DNA of 64,000 nt from an uncultured Candidatus Saccharibacteria bacterium (GCA_964534365.1 CAZHOI010000001.1:55560-119559); one strand, 5' to 3'. Positions 1 to 9,873 are shown, counted from the stretch's first letter. Program-made: numbers and translations. The notes: a model not told the origin generated them from the sequence alone.

Positions 1-601
1 CACTTTCGCCGTCCTCAATATGACCTTTGGGTAGGGTCCAGCGGCCGAATACATCATGAATCAGCGCAACCTTGATCATCCCATCATCATTAGCGTAAAT
101 TAATGATCCGACCAGCGTCTGAACCGGCATTTTAGAATACGGAATATTTTTGATTTTATTACTAGCTTGATCTTTGCCTGGCTCGCCCAGCTCGCGATAC
201 ACTGATCCCAATACCCCATTAATGAATCTACCCGATGCATCACCACCGAATCCTTTACCCAGCTCGATCGCTTCGTTAATAGCGACTTTAGGCGGTGCTT
301 CATCATGATCGCCAAACAATAGCTCGTAAAGTCCAATCCGCAAAATATTACGATCAACGGTGGCTATTTTTTCCAGTGGCCAGTCGGGGGCGGCTTTTTC
401 GATGACCTGGTTAATTGCCTCTAGATTTTGTAATACCCCAGATAACAACACATCCATATACTCTCTATCGCCAGCGTCGTCGGCAAATTCAGTCGCGTTA
501 TTTGCTAGTGTGGTGGTTATACTAGGTAGTGATTTGTGATTGAAATCCCATTCAAAAAGAGTTTGTAAAACTACTGATCGTGATAAGTGTCGATTAGCCA
601 T
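1..601 (-). CDS. nusB: NusB transcription antitermination factor fused to C-terminal NUDIX hydrolase domain (runs off window edge)
   Basis: Hand translation from ATG at 601: MANRHLSRSVVLQTLFEWDF...APDWPLEKIATVDRNILRIGLYELLFG...PPKVAINEAIELGKGFGGDASGRFINGVLG (NusB), continuing without a stop into IHDVFGRWTLPKGHIEDGES (start of a Nudix box). Not in the ORF track because no stop occurs in the window. Confidence 0.9.
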   Translation of the reverse strand, partial: MANRHLSRSVVLQTLFEWDFNHKSLPSITTTLANNATEFADDAGDREYMDVLLSGVLQNLEAINQVIEKAAPDWPLEKIATVDRNILRIGLYELLFGDHDEAPPKVAINEAIELGKGFGGDASGRFINGVLGSVYRELGEPGKDQASNKIKNIPYSKMPVQTLVGSLIYANDDGMIKVALIHDVFGRWTLPKGHIEDGES

Positions 602-755
602 ATGGTTTTAAAGAACAAGCCTCGTCCAACTTCTGCTATAGAAATATTGAGGATATGTGGAATCAAGCTCGTTTATCTAGATTATACAAAACAAAATAAA
701 AAAAGCGGGATCTTATCCCCACGTTTAGTTAACAAGTAACAACTAACGATAACAA

Positions 756-1025
756 TTAACTAGCGGCAGCTTCTTTTTCTGCAGACTTAGTCTTGGTCTT
801 TTGATCGTCAGAATTACTTTGTTGTGGGTCGTCGGTTGTAAGTCGTGAGTTTGAATTTACGTTTAATACCTGGCGACCGCGGTACATTCCAGTTTTTAAA
901 TCGATTCGATGCCGTAAATGAGTTGATCCGGTTTCTGAATCGGTCGATAGACGTGGCAATTTCGCATGCAAATGCGCGCGTCGTTGATCACGTTGTGATT
1001 TGTTTTTTCGCATTCGTGAACCCAT
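756..1025 (-). CDS. rpmF: 50S ribosomal protein L32 (Cys-less form, C-terminal extension)
   Basis: RKNKSQRDQRRAH...TDSETGSTHLRHRIDLKTGMYRGRQVL matches the L32 pattern; upstream of nusB. Confidence 0.88.
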   Translation of the reverse strand: MGSRMRKNKSQRDQRRAHLHAKLPRLSTDSETGSTHLRHRIDLKTGMYRGRQVLNVNSNSRLTTDDPQQSNSDDQKTKTKSAEKEAAAS

Positions 1026-1063
1026 AGTGGCGACACTATAACTGGAATCAGGAATAAAAACAA

Positions 1064-1460
1064 CAAAAAAATGACCCCGTCCCTCTCACTAGCGATGCTG
1101 TTGAGAGACGAGGTCGGTTGGAGGCACTGGCGCACTGTATTGTCACGCGAGTCCCTAGAGTCTTAAACCAGGTAGTCACTCCCAATTTAAGTTTCCCTAT
1201 TAGTTAAGGTACGTCTGGGAGGTCATGCCTGCTCGGCGCGAACCTGTATTCCCAGTCCTTTTTACAAATCTCACGGTCGCAGTCATCTACGGTGAGTGCC
1301 TTCCACATCTACTTGCCTGAAACGATGTCAGGTTTCGATTGGAACAACGAGCGAAATCGGTGACTAATCCCGATAGCAGCAGGCTCGTCCATTATTGAGC
1401 TTTAACCAGCGCCACTGGTGTAATCGAGAGGTTGAGAGGGCTCCTGATAGCCCTATCTTA
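1064..1460 (-). ncRNA. candidate structured non-coding RNA, family not recognised
   Basis: No long ORF spans the region. Many nested helices on the minus strand (GGAAGGCACT/AGTGCCTCC, CTGGGA/TCCCAG, GACGAGC/GCTCGTT, ACCAG/CTGGT), ending in a hairpin plus T-run at 1064-1115. Confidence 0.45.
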
Positions 1461-1620
1461 TGTTGTACGTAGCAGCCAAAGTGGTAAGCTTTGCTGCTAC
1501 GCCCTCCTTATTGAGGAATTTTGCAGCTACCAAACCAAGCTTTTATACCGTAACTTGGCAAGGTTGTTCGGATCACTTGACTCTTCTCATTGAGCCACTT
1601 TCTCCTTACTACCCACGACC

Positions 1621-2025
1621 ATGGATCCCAGGACGCTCGCCTCAACTCTTTTCACAATTGGATGGCGTTTTCGCTTTCACGTCTCGAATATTAAAGAAAG
1701 CAATCCAGACTCAGAGGGGTTCTATCCCGTCTGGGCATCAACAATATCACCGCTTGGTTCGTGTCATCGCGGTATGATAGCAATTGACTGGCTAGAAGCT
1801 GCTCAAATAATCCTTGAAACCAAAACTTTAAGAGTCGTATTATTAAGCTCTAGTAGATTTGGTTCTGATAAAGGCAGTGCCGCAAATGACACCCTAATGG
1901 ATTCTCTACGGCACACATTTAATAAAGGTGGGGTTGAGATCGGAGGTTTGTTCTATCATTCAAACGATTTTAACTACCTTTGGGAATTACATCTGCTAAC
2001 CATTGACGAAGATCTGGATAACTAA
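1621..2025 (+). CDS. hypothetical protein
   Basis: 134-aa ORF with ATG, pyrimidine/C-rich leader and downstream hairpin (GGGGAAGA...TCTTCCCC, ~2046-2068); no recognisable motif. Confidence 0.5.
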   Translation: MDPRTLASTLFTIGWRFRFHVSNIKESNPDSEGFYPVWASTISPLGSCHRGMIAIDWLEAAQIILETKTLRVVLLSSSRFGSDKGSAANDTLMDSLRHTFNKGGVEIGGLFYHSNDFNYLWELHLLTIDEDLDN

Positions 2026-2137
2026 ACTGATATCTTGTCGGCGTCGGGGGAAGAACGACATCTTCCCCACCTTATACAGTAATTAAATTATTTGATTGTT
2101 GTTAGGGTAAATCTCATTTAGAGGTCGGATGTCTAAA

Positions 2138-2767
2138 TTATTTTATCCAGGTTTTGCGATGCTGATCACACGTTCCATGTTTTCTGATTTGTAATCTGTG
2201 CCACTGCGTGCCGTAGCCAACGTGTTTATCAAAGCCATAGCCAGGAAAGCGTTGATGCACAGTATTCTTCATGTATTTATCCCGTTTCTCTTTAGCATAA
2301 ATACTAGCCAGAGCAATTACCGGGATTGTAGCATCTCCTTTTTTATAACTTTTCCAGTGAATAAAATTATTTGGAATTGGTATACCATAATCCATTAAAA
2401 ATATGGTTTTGGCTGGATCATACTGTTTAACTACTCGGTTCATCATTGTTAGGTAAGATTGCCTAATTCTGATGCGATCAACTACAGCTGCCGATATTCG
2501 TGTTGACCATATTTCTATAGAAATATGGTCTGGAAATGACTTTATATTCGATAGAATCTTTTGCCTAGAGTTTGCGGTAAGTTTTTTTGAATCATCTAGG
2601 TTTTTCATTCGTTCTAGTTCAAGTTCATCTCCTCGTCTTATGGCACAAATTCCTAATACCATCGGCCCAGCGATTGCCCCCCGCCCTACTTCGTCAATCC
2701 CCACCACCCATTTGACCGATTCAGGCAGACGTTTTATTTCGCTCAAAATGTCTTGAGGCCACTTCAT
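2138..2767 (-). CDS. rnhB: ribonuclease HII
   Basis: VGIDEVGRGAIAGP, DDSKKL, KGD...IALASIYAKEKRD, YGFDKHVGYGT motifs. Confidence 0.95.
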   Translation of the reverse strand: MKWPQDILSEIKRLPESVKWVVGIDEVGRGAIAGPMVLGICAIRRGDELELERMKNLDDSKKLTANSRQKILSNIKSFPDHISIEIWSTRISAAVVDRIRIRQSYLTMMNRVVKQYDPAKTIFLMDYGIPIPNNFIHWKSYKKGDATIPVIALASIYAKEKRDKYMKNTVHQRFPGYGFDKHVGYGTQWHRLQIRKHGTCDQHRKTWIK

Positions 2768-2788
2768 TATCCGCTACAATAACATCAA

Positions 2789-5700
2789 ATGGCCATTCAA
2801 CAGCGCGATTTTGTTCACCTGCACACTCATTCGCACTATTCCCTATTGCAGGCCGTACCCAATATTCCTGATTTGGTAGCAGCCGCAAAGTCCGATGGGC
2901 AAAGATCCCTGGCATTAACTGACGCTGGATCAATGTATGGCGCGGTCGAATTCTATCAGGAGGCCAAAAAAAATAATATTAAACCAATCATTGGCGTAGA
3001 TTTTTACGTCGCCACTGGATCACGACAAGATTCAGACACCGAAGAAGACAAACGATTCTACCGTCTAGTATTGCTGGCTAAAAATACTGAAGGCTATAAA
3101 GATTTGATGCGATTGACTAGCCAGGGATTTTTAAGCGGGTTTTATCAACATCCCAGAATCGACCATGACCTGATTTCGAAACATTCCAAACATTTAATAA
3201 CTATTTTACCGGCTAAAACCAGCGAAGTTGCTTGGCACATTGACCGCGGCAATACCAGTAAAGCCCGGCAGGTCCTTGATTTCTATCGGGAAGTCTTTGG
3301 GGATAGCGTTTATCATGAAATAACCCTTCATCCAGAAATAAATGGCCATGATCAGTTGCAGCGAAAGGTTTATTCTTTTGCCAAGGAACACAATCTAGAA
3401 CTGGTGGCCGCTAATGATGTCTATTATTTAAAGCCCGAGGATCGCGAAGTTAGGCGAATCGCCGAAACCATTGCCAGGGGTTACTATCAATTAGAAGCAG
3501 CTAGCGAGGACTATTCGTTTTTGACTACCGAGCAAATTAATAAAAAATTCAAAGACATGCCAGCGGCTATTGATAATACAATCAAAATTGCCGATGCTTG
3601 CAATGTCGAGATTGAGTTAGGTACCTTTTATTTTCCAGATTTTGAATTACCCGAAAACTCTACCGCTCAAAAAGAACTGCGAAAATTATGTTATGGAGGG
3701 TTTAATAGACGCGGATTTGAAACTGATAACCAAGAGGTAATTGATCGTCTAGAATACGAGCTTAAAATAATAAATGACAAAGGATATGACGCCTATTTTT
3801 TGATTGTTCAGGATTTACTGCATTATGCCCACCAAAATGATATTCCCACTACTATTCGTGGGTCAGTGGCTGGATCAATGGTCACCTATTTATCTGGAAT
3901 CACCAATCTAGATCCGCTGTATTACGGATTGCGATTCGAACGATTCCTAAACCCTGATCGACCCTCCGCCCCCGACATTGATATGGATTTTGCTGATAAC
4001 CGCCGGGATGAGGTAATTGAATATACCAGGGAAAAATACGGACATGACAAGGTCGCCCAAATCGGAACCTTTGGCACTATGCTAGCCAGAGGTGTAGTTC
4101 GCGATGTGGCACGGGCCATGTCATTTCCTTATGCTCTAGGAGATCAAATCGCCAAATTAATACCTCCACCTAAACAAGGTTTTCCCATGCCGATTGCCAA
4201 GGCGCTAAAAGAGGTTCCGGAACTGCAGGAGGTATATCAAAACAATCCTTCAGTAAAACAGGTTATTGATATGGGCCAACGACTGGAAGGCAACGCCCGA
4301 CATATCTCGGTTCATGCGGCTGGTGTTGTGATTGCCCCCACCACTCTAAATGACTTTACACCGATTCAACGTGATCCCAAAGGCGGTAAATTGATTACCC
4401 AATATGATATGCACGCCGTTGGCGAGGACGGGGCGGGATTAACCAAATTTGATTTCCTAGGACTAAAGAATCTGGCAATCCTGGCTGATACCGTAAAACG
4501 AATCGAATGGCGACATGATAAAAAAATTGATATCGAATCGATTCCTATTGATGACGAAAATACTTTTCAGATGTTAGCCGAGGGCAAAACCCATGGTACG
4601 TTTCAATTAAATGGATCAGGAATGACCGCATTTTTAAAAGATCTGAAACCAACCGATATATTTGATATTAATGCTATGGTTGCCCTGTATCGACCAGGTC
4701 CAATGGAGTTTATTCCTGAATACATTGCCCGTAAACATAATCCTGAATTAGTTGAATATCCCCATGAAATGTTAAAAGACGCCCTGCAGCAATCATACGG
4801 TCTACTGATATATCAAGAAGATGTTATGTATACCGCAATTCGCCTAGCTGGTTATTCATGGCTGGATGCTGATAAATTTCGAAAAGCGATGGGTAAGAAG
4901 ATCCCTGCCCTGATGGACGAGCAAGAAAAGAAGTTCAAATCAGGTTGTGTTGATAATGGAATTGATCCTAATCTAGCGAATGAATTATGGGAAAGAATCA
5001 AACCATTTGCCGCCTATGCGTTTAATAAATCCCACTCGGCCTCGTATGGTCGGGTTGCCTATCAAACCTCATACTTCAAAGCTAATTATCCAGCTGAATA
5101 CATGGCGGCTGTTTTGACTGCTGATGCTGGTAATACGGACAAGATTGCGGAATCGGTAGCCGAATGCAGCAATATGAATTTGGAAGTCTTGCCCCCTGAT
5201 ATAAATGAATCTTTTGCCAGTTTTACGGTAATTGATCAAGATAATGAAGTTCAGGTCATCCGATTTGGTTTGTATTCAATTAAAAATTTCGGCGAAGGAA
5301 TCGCTGATCAAATTATAGTTGAGCGCAAATCAAATGGTAGATTTAAATCAATTGCCGATTTGATTGAACGAGTTGGTGGAAGAGCTCTTAATCGTAAATC
5401 GCTAGAGGCGCTAATATTTTCCGGAGCTCTTGACAATCTAGAACCAGCACCAAAAACTGACGTGGTTAGGTGGCGGGCGGATTTATTTGGCAACCTTAGT
5501 GATTTGCTATTGCATCATAAACAAGTGCACTCTCAGGCTGATAATCAGGGTTCACTATTTGCTTCGACCGAATTACAATTACCTGAATTTTGCCTTAAAC
5601 GCGACATTGCTACTTTTACCAAAGAAGAAATCCTAAATAATGAAAAAGAGCTGCTGGGTGTTTATATATCCGGTCACCCCTTGGATAAATTTAAACACAA

Positions 5701-6004
5701 GTTGGATAATCGCAATCAAAATATTACTCACATAAAAACTGACGATACTTTTTTGGATCGCCAAGTGAATGTGGTAGGAATATTACAGGACCTCAGGCCC
5801 ATTCAGACTAAAAAATCTAATCGGGCAATGGCTTTTGGCGTAATGGCTGATCTGGATGACATGATAGAAGTAGTATTTTTCCCAGATACCTGGGATGAAT
5901 TAAAAGATAAACTGGAGATTGATTCCGTATACAAAATGGAGGGAAAATTGACCGAGCGCAACAGCGATCGATCAGTGCTAGTAGATCGAATATCAAAGCT
6001 ATAA
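2789..6004 (+). CDS. dnaE: DNA polymerase III alpha subunit
   Basis: PHP domain FVHLHTHSHYSLL, RGSVAGS, PDIDMDF catalytic motif, YAFNKSHS, C-terminal OB fold. Confidence 0.98.
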   Translation: MAIQQRDFVHLHTHSHYSLLQAVPNIPDLVAAAKSDGQRSLALTDAGSMYGAVEFYQEAKKNNIKPIIGVDFYVATGSRQDSDTEEDKRFYRLVLLAKNTEGYKDLMRLTSQGFLSGFYQHPRIDHDLISKHSKHLITILPAKTSEVAWHIDRGNTSKARQVLDFYREVFGDSVYHEITLHPEINGHDQLQRKVYSFAKEHNLELVAANDVYYLKPEDREVRRIAETIARGYYQLEAASEDYSFLTTEQINKKFKDMPAAIDNTIKIADACNVEIELGTFYFPDFELPENSTAQKELRKLCYGGFNRRGFETDNQEVIDRLEYELKIINDKGYDAYFLIVQDLLHYAHQNDIPTTIRGSVAGSMVTYLSGITNLDPLYYGLRFERFLNPDRPSAPDIDMDFADNRRDEVIEYTREKYGHDKVAQIGTFGTMLARGVVRDVARAMSFPYALGDQIAKLIPPPKQGFPMPIAKALKEVPELQEVYQNNPSVKQVIDMGQRLEGNARHISVHAAGVVIAPTTLNDFTPIQRDPKGGKLITQYDMHAVGEDGAGLTKFDFLGLKNLAILADTVKRIEWRHDKKIDIESIPIDDENTFQMLAEGKTHGTFQLNGSGMTAFLKDLKPTDIFDINAMVALYRPGPMEFIPEYIARKHNPELVEYPHEMLKDALQQSYGLLIYQEDVMYTAIRLAGYSWLDADKFRKAMGKKIPALMDEQEKKFKSGCVDNGIDPNLANELWERIKPFAAYAFNKSHSASYGRVAYQTSYFKANYPAEYMAAVLTADAGNTDKIAESVAECSNMNLEVLPPDINESFASFTVIDQDNEVQVIRFGLYSIKNFGEGIADQIIVERKSNGRFKSIADLIERVGGRALNRKSLEALIFSGALDNLEPAPKTDVVRWRADLFGNLSDLLLHHKQVHSQADNQGSLFASTELQLPEFCLKRDIATFTKEEILNNEKELLGVYISGHPLDKFKHKLDNRNQNITHIKTDDTFLDRQVNVVGILQDLRPIQTKKSNRAMAFGVMADLDDMIEVVFFPDTWDELKDKLEIDSVYKMEGKLTERNSDRSVLVDRISKL

Positions 6005-6081
6005 ATTATAGTTTTTTTAATTCGAGGCAGCTGACATTCAGCTAGCTTTAAACATTTAACTATTAGAGTTAAACTAATCTC

Positions 6082-7920
6082 ATGAAACAAGTTGATTACC
6101 CAGCCGATAAACTTTATAAAATCAGACATTCGCTGACACATTTACTAGCCAAAGCGGTTACCGATTTGTGGCCTGAAGCAAAACCAACCATTGGCCCGCC
6201 GACTGATAATGGATTTTATTATGACTTTGATTTTGCTGCGTCCTCGGAAGCCTCTGGCGAAGGAGGGGCGATTTCCATTTCAAAATCAGATTTAAAAAAG
6301 ATTCAAAAACAAATGCGAAAACTCTTGGGTAAGTGGCAGCAATTTCAAGCAGTAACCGTAACTGCGGATGAAGCCAGAGCTATTTTTGCTGATAATGAGT
6401 ACAAATTAGAACTAATAGATACCATCGAAACAGAAGAATCTGATATTACAATTTACTATTCGGGCCCTGATCTACCGGAACAGCTTTCAATAGAAAACCT
6501 AGCAACTATTCCCAAGGAAGGCTTCATCGATTTGTGTCGTGGTGGTCACGTAGACAGTCCAGCCGCTGAAATTGATCCCAAAGCGTTCAAGCTAGACAGT
6601 TTGGCTGGTGCCTATTGGCGTGGTGATCAGAGCAATCAGCAATTGACAAGAATCTATGGCTTGGCGTTTGAATCCGCAGCTGGATTAGACAAATATTTAA
6701 TGCAACGTGAAGAGGCCAAGAAACGCGATCATCGCAAACTAGGGCAAAAGATGGGACTATTTACATTTTCAGATAAAGTCGGTAAAGGTTTACCAATGTT
6801 TTTACCATCTGGCAATTTAATAAGAGAGATACTTACTAAATATATTACTGATAAAAAAACCGCGTTAGGTTATCAATTTGTTCATATCCCCCACATTGCC
6901 AAGCGCGATCTGTATGAAACATCAGGTCATATGGGAAAATATGATGCCATGATGCCGGTCATGACTGACGAAGATGGCGATGAATACGTTATGAAAGCAA
7001 TGAATTGTCCACATCATTTTGAACTGTATAATTCCCTACCTCACTCGTATCGCGACCTTCCTTTGCGTTACGCTGAGAATACTACCGTATATCGAAATGA
7101 AAAATCAGGCGAGCTCCATGGCCTTACCCGAGTCAAAGCCTTAACCCAGGATGATACCCATCATTTTATTCGTCACAGCCAAATAAAAAGCGAGATAGAA
7201 ATGGTATTAAGTTTGGTAAAAGACGTATACGATTTATTTGACTTTAATTCATACAAAGTAGAAATATCGGTCCGTGATCAAGATAATAAAGACAAGTATT
7301 TTGGTGAAAACAGTATATGGACTAAAACTGAAAGCATCCTGGAAGAATCAGTTAAATTTTGGGGTGCTGACTATACCATCGAAGAAGGTGAAGCCGCTTT
7401 CTATGGTCCTAAAATAGATATTAAGGTCAAGGATTCACTAGGTCGACAATGGCAAGTAGCCACCGTACAGCTAGATTTTATTCAACCTGAGAATTTTGAT
7501 ATGATTTATATCGATGAAAATGGCGATAAACAGCGCCCGGCGGTATTACATGTAGCTGTTTTCGGATCAATCGAGCGGTTTATGGGAATTTTGATCGAGC
7601 ACTATGCCGGTAAATTTCCGTTTTGGCTATCCCCTGAACAGGTCCGTATCCTGCCAATCGCTGAAAACCATATAAACTACGCTAATAAAATAAATGATCA
7701 GCTGATTGAACAAAGCATTCGATCAACCATAATTACCAATGATTCTCTGGGTAAAAGGATTCGAGGTGCTAAAACCGATTTACTGCCATATTTTATAGTA
7801 GTCGGCGATGATGAAGTGAAAAACAATACGGCTACTTTGGAAGGGCGAAATGGTTCCGAGAACTTGACCGTCTCTGACCTGATACACAAGTTAGCTACCG
7901 AAAACACCCCTTCAGTCTAA
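6082..7920 (+). CDS. thrS: threonine--tRNA ligase
   Basis: RHSLTHLLA, DLCRGGHV, KRDHRKLG, MNCPHH, EAAFYGPKIDI motifs. Confidence 0.97.
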   Translation: MKQVDYPADKLYKIRHSLTHLLAKAVTDLWPEAKPTIGPPTDNGFYYDFDFAASSEASGEGGAISISKSDLKKIQKQMRKLLGKWQQFQAVTVTADEARAIFADNEYKLELIDTIETEESDITIYYSGPDLPEQLSIENLATIPKEGFIDLCRGGHVDSPAAEIDPKAFKLDSLAGAYWRGDQSNQQLTRIYGLAFESAAGLDKYLMQREEAKKRDHRKLGQKMGLFTFSDKVGKGLPMFLPSGNLIREILTKYITDKKTALGYQFVHIPHIAKRDLYETSGHMGKYDAMMPVMTDEDGDEYVMKAMNCPHHFELYNSLPHSYRDLPLRYAENTTVYRNEKSGELHGLTRVKALTQDDTHHFIRHSQIKSEIEMVLSLVKDVYDLFDFNSYKVEISVRDQDNKDKYFGENSIWTKTESILEESVKFWGADYTIEEGEAAFYGPKIDIKVKDSLGRQWQVATVQLDFIQPENFDMIYIDENGDKQRPAVLHVAVFGSIERFMGILIEHYAGKFPFWLSPEQVRILPIAENHINYANKINDQLIEQSIRSTIITNDSLGKRIRGAKTDLLPYFIVVGDDEVKNNTATLEGRNGSENLTVSDLIHKLATENTPSV

Positions 7921-8055
7921 ATTTTACTAAATTTAATTATACTCACTCGAATTTTCCTTACCATATTTCTATAGAAATATGGTAATATATTAATGTCATT
8001 TGAACAATTGTAACTATGTAGCTATCAATTTTCGGATCGGAACTATTTACCTAAG

Positions 8056-8085
8056 AAAAAACCTCATTCGCGCATGAGGTTTTAT
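8056..8085. terminator. bidirectional intrinsic terminator candidate
   Basis: AAAAAACCTCAT-loop-ATGAGGTTTT between convergent thrS and the 8136-8402 ORF. Confidence 0.6.
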
Positions 8086-8135
8086 TCTGTACGATAATTA
8101 TATCAACTATCGCTACATTGTAATAATTACAATGA

Positions 8136-8402
8136 TTAGTCTTCGACTACGTTGACTGATGTGTCGGTTTCTACACGATCACCAAATTCGTCTTCGTCCA
8201 CAAATTCTTCATCGAACTCTCGTTCAACGTTAACTGCGGCATCCTCAACTTCTTCAGCTGCTTGATCTAATTCGTCAGCAACTTCAACAGCTAGGTCTTG
8301 TCCAGCGCGATTGTATGCGCTCCATGCAAGGATAAGAGCTAGGATAGCGACAACTAGTGCCAACCATGCTACTCCACTTGCAGTATTGTTATGATGTTCC
8401 AT
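8136..8402 (-). CDS. hypothetical single-TM protein with acidic tail
   Basis: N-terminal hydrophobic helix followed by a strongly acidic region. Confidence 0.75.
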   Translation of the reverse strand: MEHHNNTASGVAWLALVVAILALILAWSAYNRAGQDLAVEVADELDQAAEEVEDAAVNVEREFDEEFVDEDEFGDRVETDTSVNVVED

Positions 8403-8523
8403 AAACTTAAGCTTAAATTTATTCTTTTAATTTGTTCGACAGTAAAAACTGTCTTGCTGCAGTATAACCCAACCTGTACAAATCGTAAAACAATTTGTGT
8501 GGATGACAAAAGTCAATAATCTG

Positions 8524-8596
8524 TGGACCTTAGCGGATTTGAACCGCTGACCTCTTGTATGCCATACAAGCGCTCTACCAGCTGAGCTAAAGGCCC
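8524..8596 (-). tRNA. tRNA-Ala(GGC)
   Basis: Reverse complement GGGCCTTTAGCTCAGCTGGTAGAGCG-CTTGT ATGGCAT ACAAG-AGGTCAGCGGTTCAAATCCGCTAAGGTCCA; cloverleaf, anticodon GGC, no encoded CCA. Confidence 0.95.
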
Positions 8597-8700
8597 TGTT
8601 TACGCTCAGTAGTCCCTTAACTAGGGATTACTGAACTATGGCATAGATTTTACAAAAATCTATTAGCATTAATATACAGACTTTAAATAACTTTTAAAAG

Positions 8701-8735
8701 AAAAATGCCGCGGGCCTTACGGGGCCCGGCGGCAT
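8701..8735 (-). terminator. GC-rich intrinsic terminator
   Basis: ATGCCGCCGGGCCCC-GTAA-GGCCCGCGGCAT followed by TTTT on the minus strand, just after the small ORF 8750-8896. Confidence 0.65.
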
Positions 8736-8749
8736 GACATGAGGGTTGC

Positions 8750-8896
8750 TCAGGTTCGTCGACTAACACTTCGCTGAGGTTCGACGTGAACCTGACGCCC
8801 AAGGTATGACTTGTGGTTCTTTCCTCGCATCATCCTTACGGCAATGATCGCTGAAGCCACAAGCAGAAAGAGCAAACCAATGGGTACGAGAGACAT
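8750..8896 (-). CDS. small single-TM protein (48 aa)
   Basis: Hand translation MSLVPIGLLFLLVASAIIAVRMMRGKNHKSYLGRQVHVEPQRSVSRRT*; upstream promoter TTGACG-18-CATATT (8922-8951), C-rich leader, own terminator. Confidence 0.55.
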   Translation of the reverse strand: MSLVPIGLLFLLVASAIIAVRMMRGKNHKSYLGRQVHVEPQRSVSRRT

Positions 8897-8972
8897 GACA
8901 AATGGGGGTTGGTGCTATTTAAATATGCCAGACCTAGTGGCTAACCGTCAAATACTTGTCCACATTTATTTT

Positions 8973-9728
8973 TTAAATGAGACTTGTCAGCAGAATTTGG
9001 AAGCCAATCATTAGAATAAAAGATAAGGTGGCTGCCACGGCCATCGCATCAGCGCCGATATCATCCAATGATTCTGGAATCAATTCAGCAAATACTAGCC
9101 AAATCATTGCCCCAGCTGCAAACCCCAACCCAAACGGCAATAATGGTAAAAACAAGGTTACGAAAATAAACGCCGGAATTGCTACCAGCGGTTGAGGCAA
9201 GCTGGTCAAAAATGCATACCAGGCGCTCTTGCCAGCGCTTACCCCCTTTGGCATCAAACTTAAACCTACGGCTAGGCCTTCTGGGATGTTGTGTATTGCC
9301 AGCGCTATTGTAATAAATAGTCCAAACGCTAGTCCATCACCGAATGCCACCCCAATACCGACCCCCTCGGCGAAAGAATGAATCGTTAGGATACCAATTA
9401 TCGTAACTGCCCTAACCGCATCAGCCCCTACCAGATTGCCAACTGATACCTGATCTGATCGCTTTTCAAGCCACCGATGACCCAGGGTAATAAACACTAA
9501 TCCAATGATTGCCCCTGTCAAAGTCTGCCATGATCCGTACGCAAAGCCTTCGTATGCCAATCCAACTGAAGCTGCTAACATCAAACCCCCGGCAATCGCA
9601 ACACCATATCCCTGAAATTTTTTTGATTGTCGATCTTTCAAAAACAGAATTGGCAATACTCCAATAGATGTAGCAATAGCTGTTATCAAGGCGAATAATC
9701 CAACATTAATAATTTCCATGTTTTGCAA
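8973..9728 (-). CDS. ZIP family metal transporter (ZupT-like)
   Basis: Multi-TM protein with IHSFAEGVGIG and IHNIPEGLAV signature helices. Confidence 0.9.
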   Translation of the reverse strand: MQNMEIINVGLFALITAIATSIGVLPILFLKDRQSKKFQGYGVAIAGGLMLAASVGLAYEGFAYGSWQTLTGAIIGLVFITLGHRWLEKRSDQVSVGNLVGADAVRAVTIIGILTIHSFAEGVGIGVAFGDGLAFGLFITIALAIHNIPEGLAVGLSLMPKGVSAGKSAWYAFLTSLPQPLVAIPAFIFVTLFLPLLPFGLGFAAGAMIWLVFAELIPESLDDIGADAMAVAATLSFILMIGFQILLTSLI

Positions 9729-9873
9729 TACTAACTACAAATACACGATAAGTCTATAATTTATTAACATCTAGATATTTCAACAAACTATTGTTATATT
9801 TACGCAAATAGATTTTATAAAATCTATGCCATAGCGAAGCAATTCCGCAATTCGGGATTTCTGAGCGTAACTA

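Noticed and set aside
100-357. 85-aa ORF in the track
   Set aside because: Alternate frame inside the nusB-NUDIX coding sequence.
1064-1400. stop-codon readthrough or recoded ORF (MDEPAA...*MWKALT...*LIGK...)
   Set aside because: Interrupted by both TAG and TAA, with no protein motif; other genes in the window use standard stops.
1064-1460. RNase P RNA, tmRNA or self-splicing intron
   Set aside because: Their conserved signature sequences were not found on either strand by eye.
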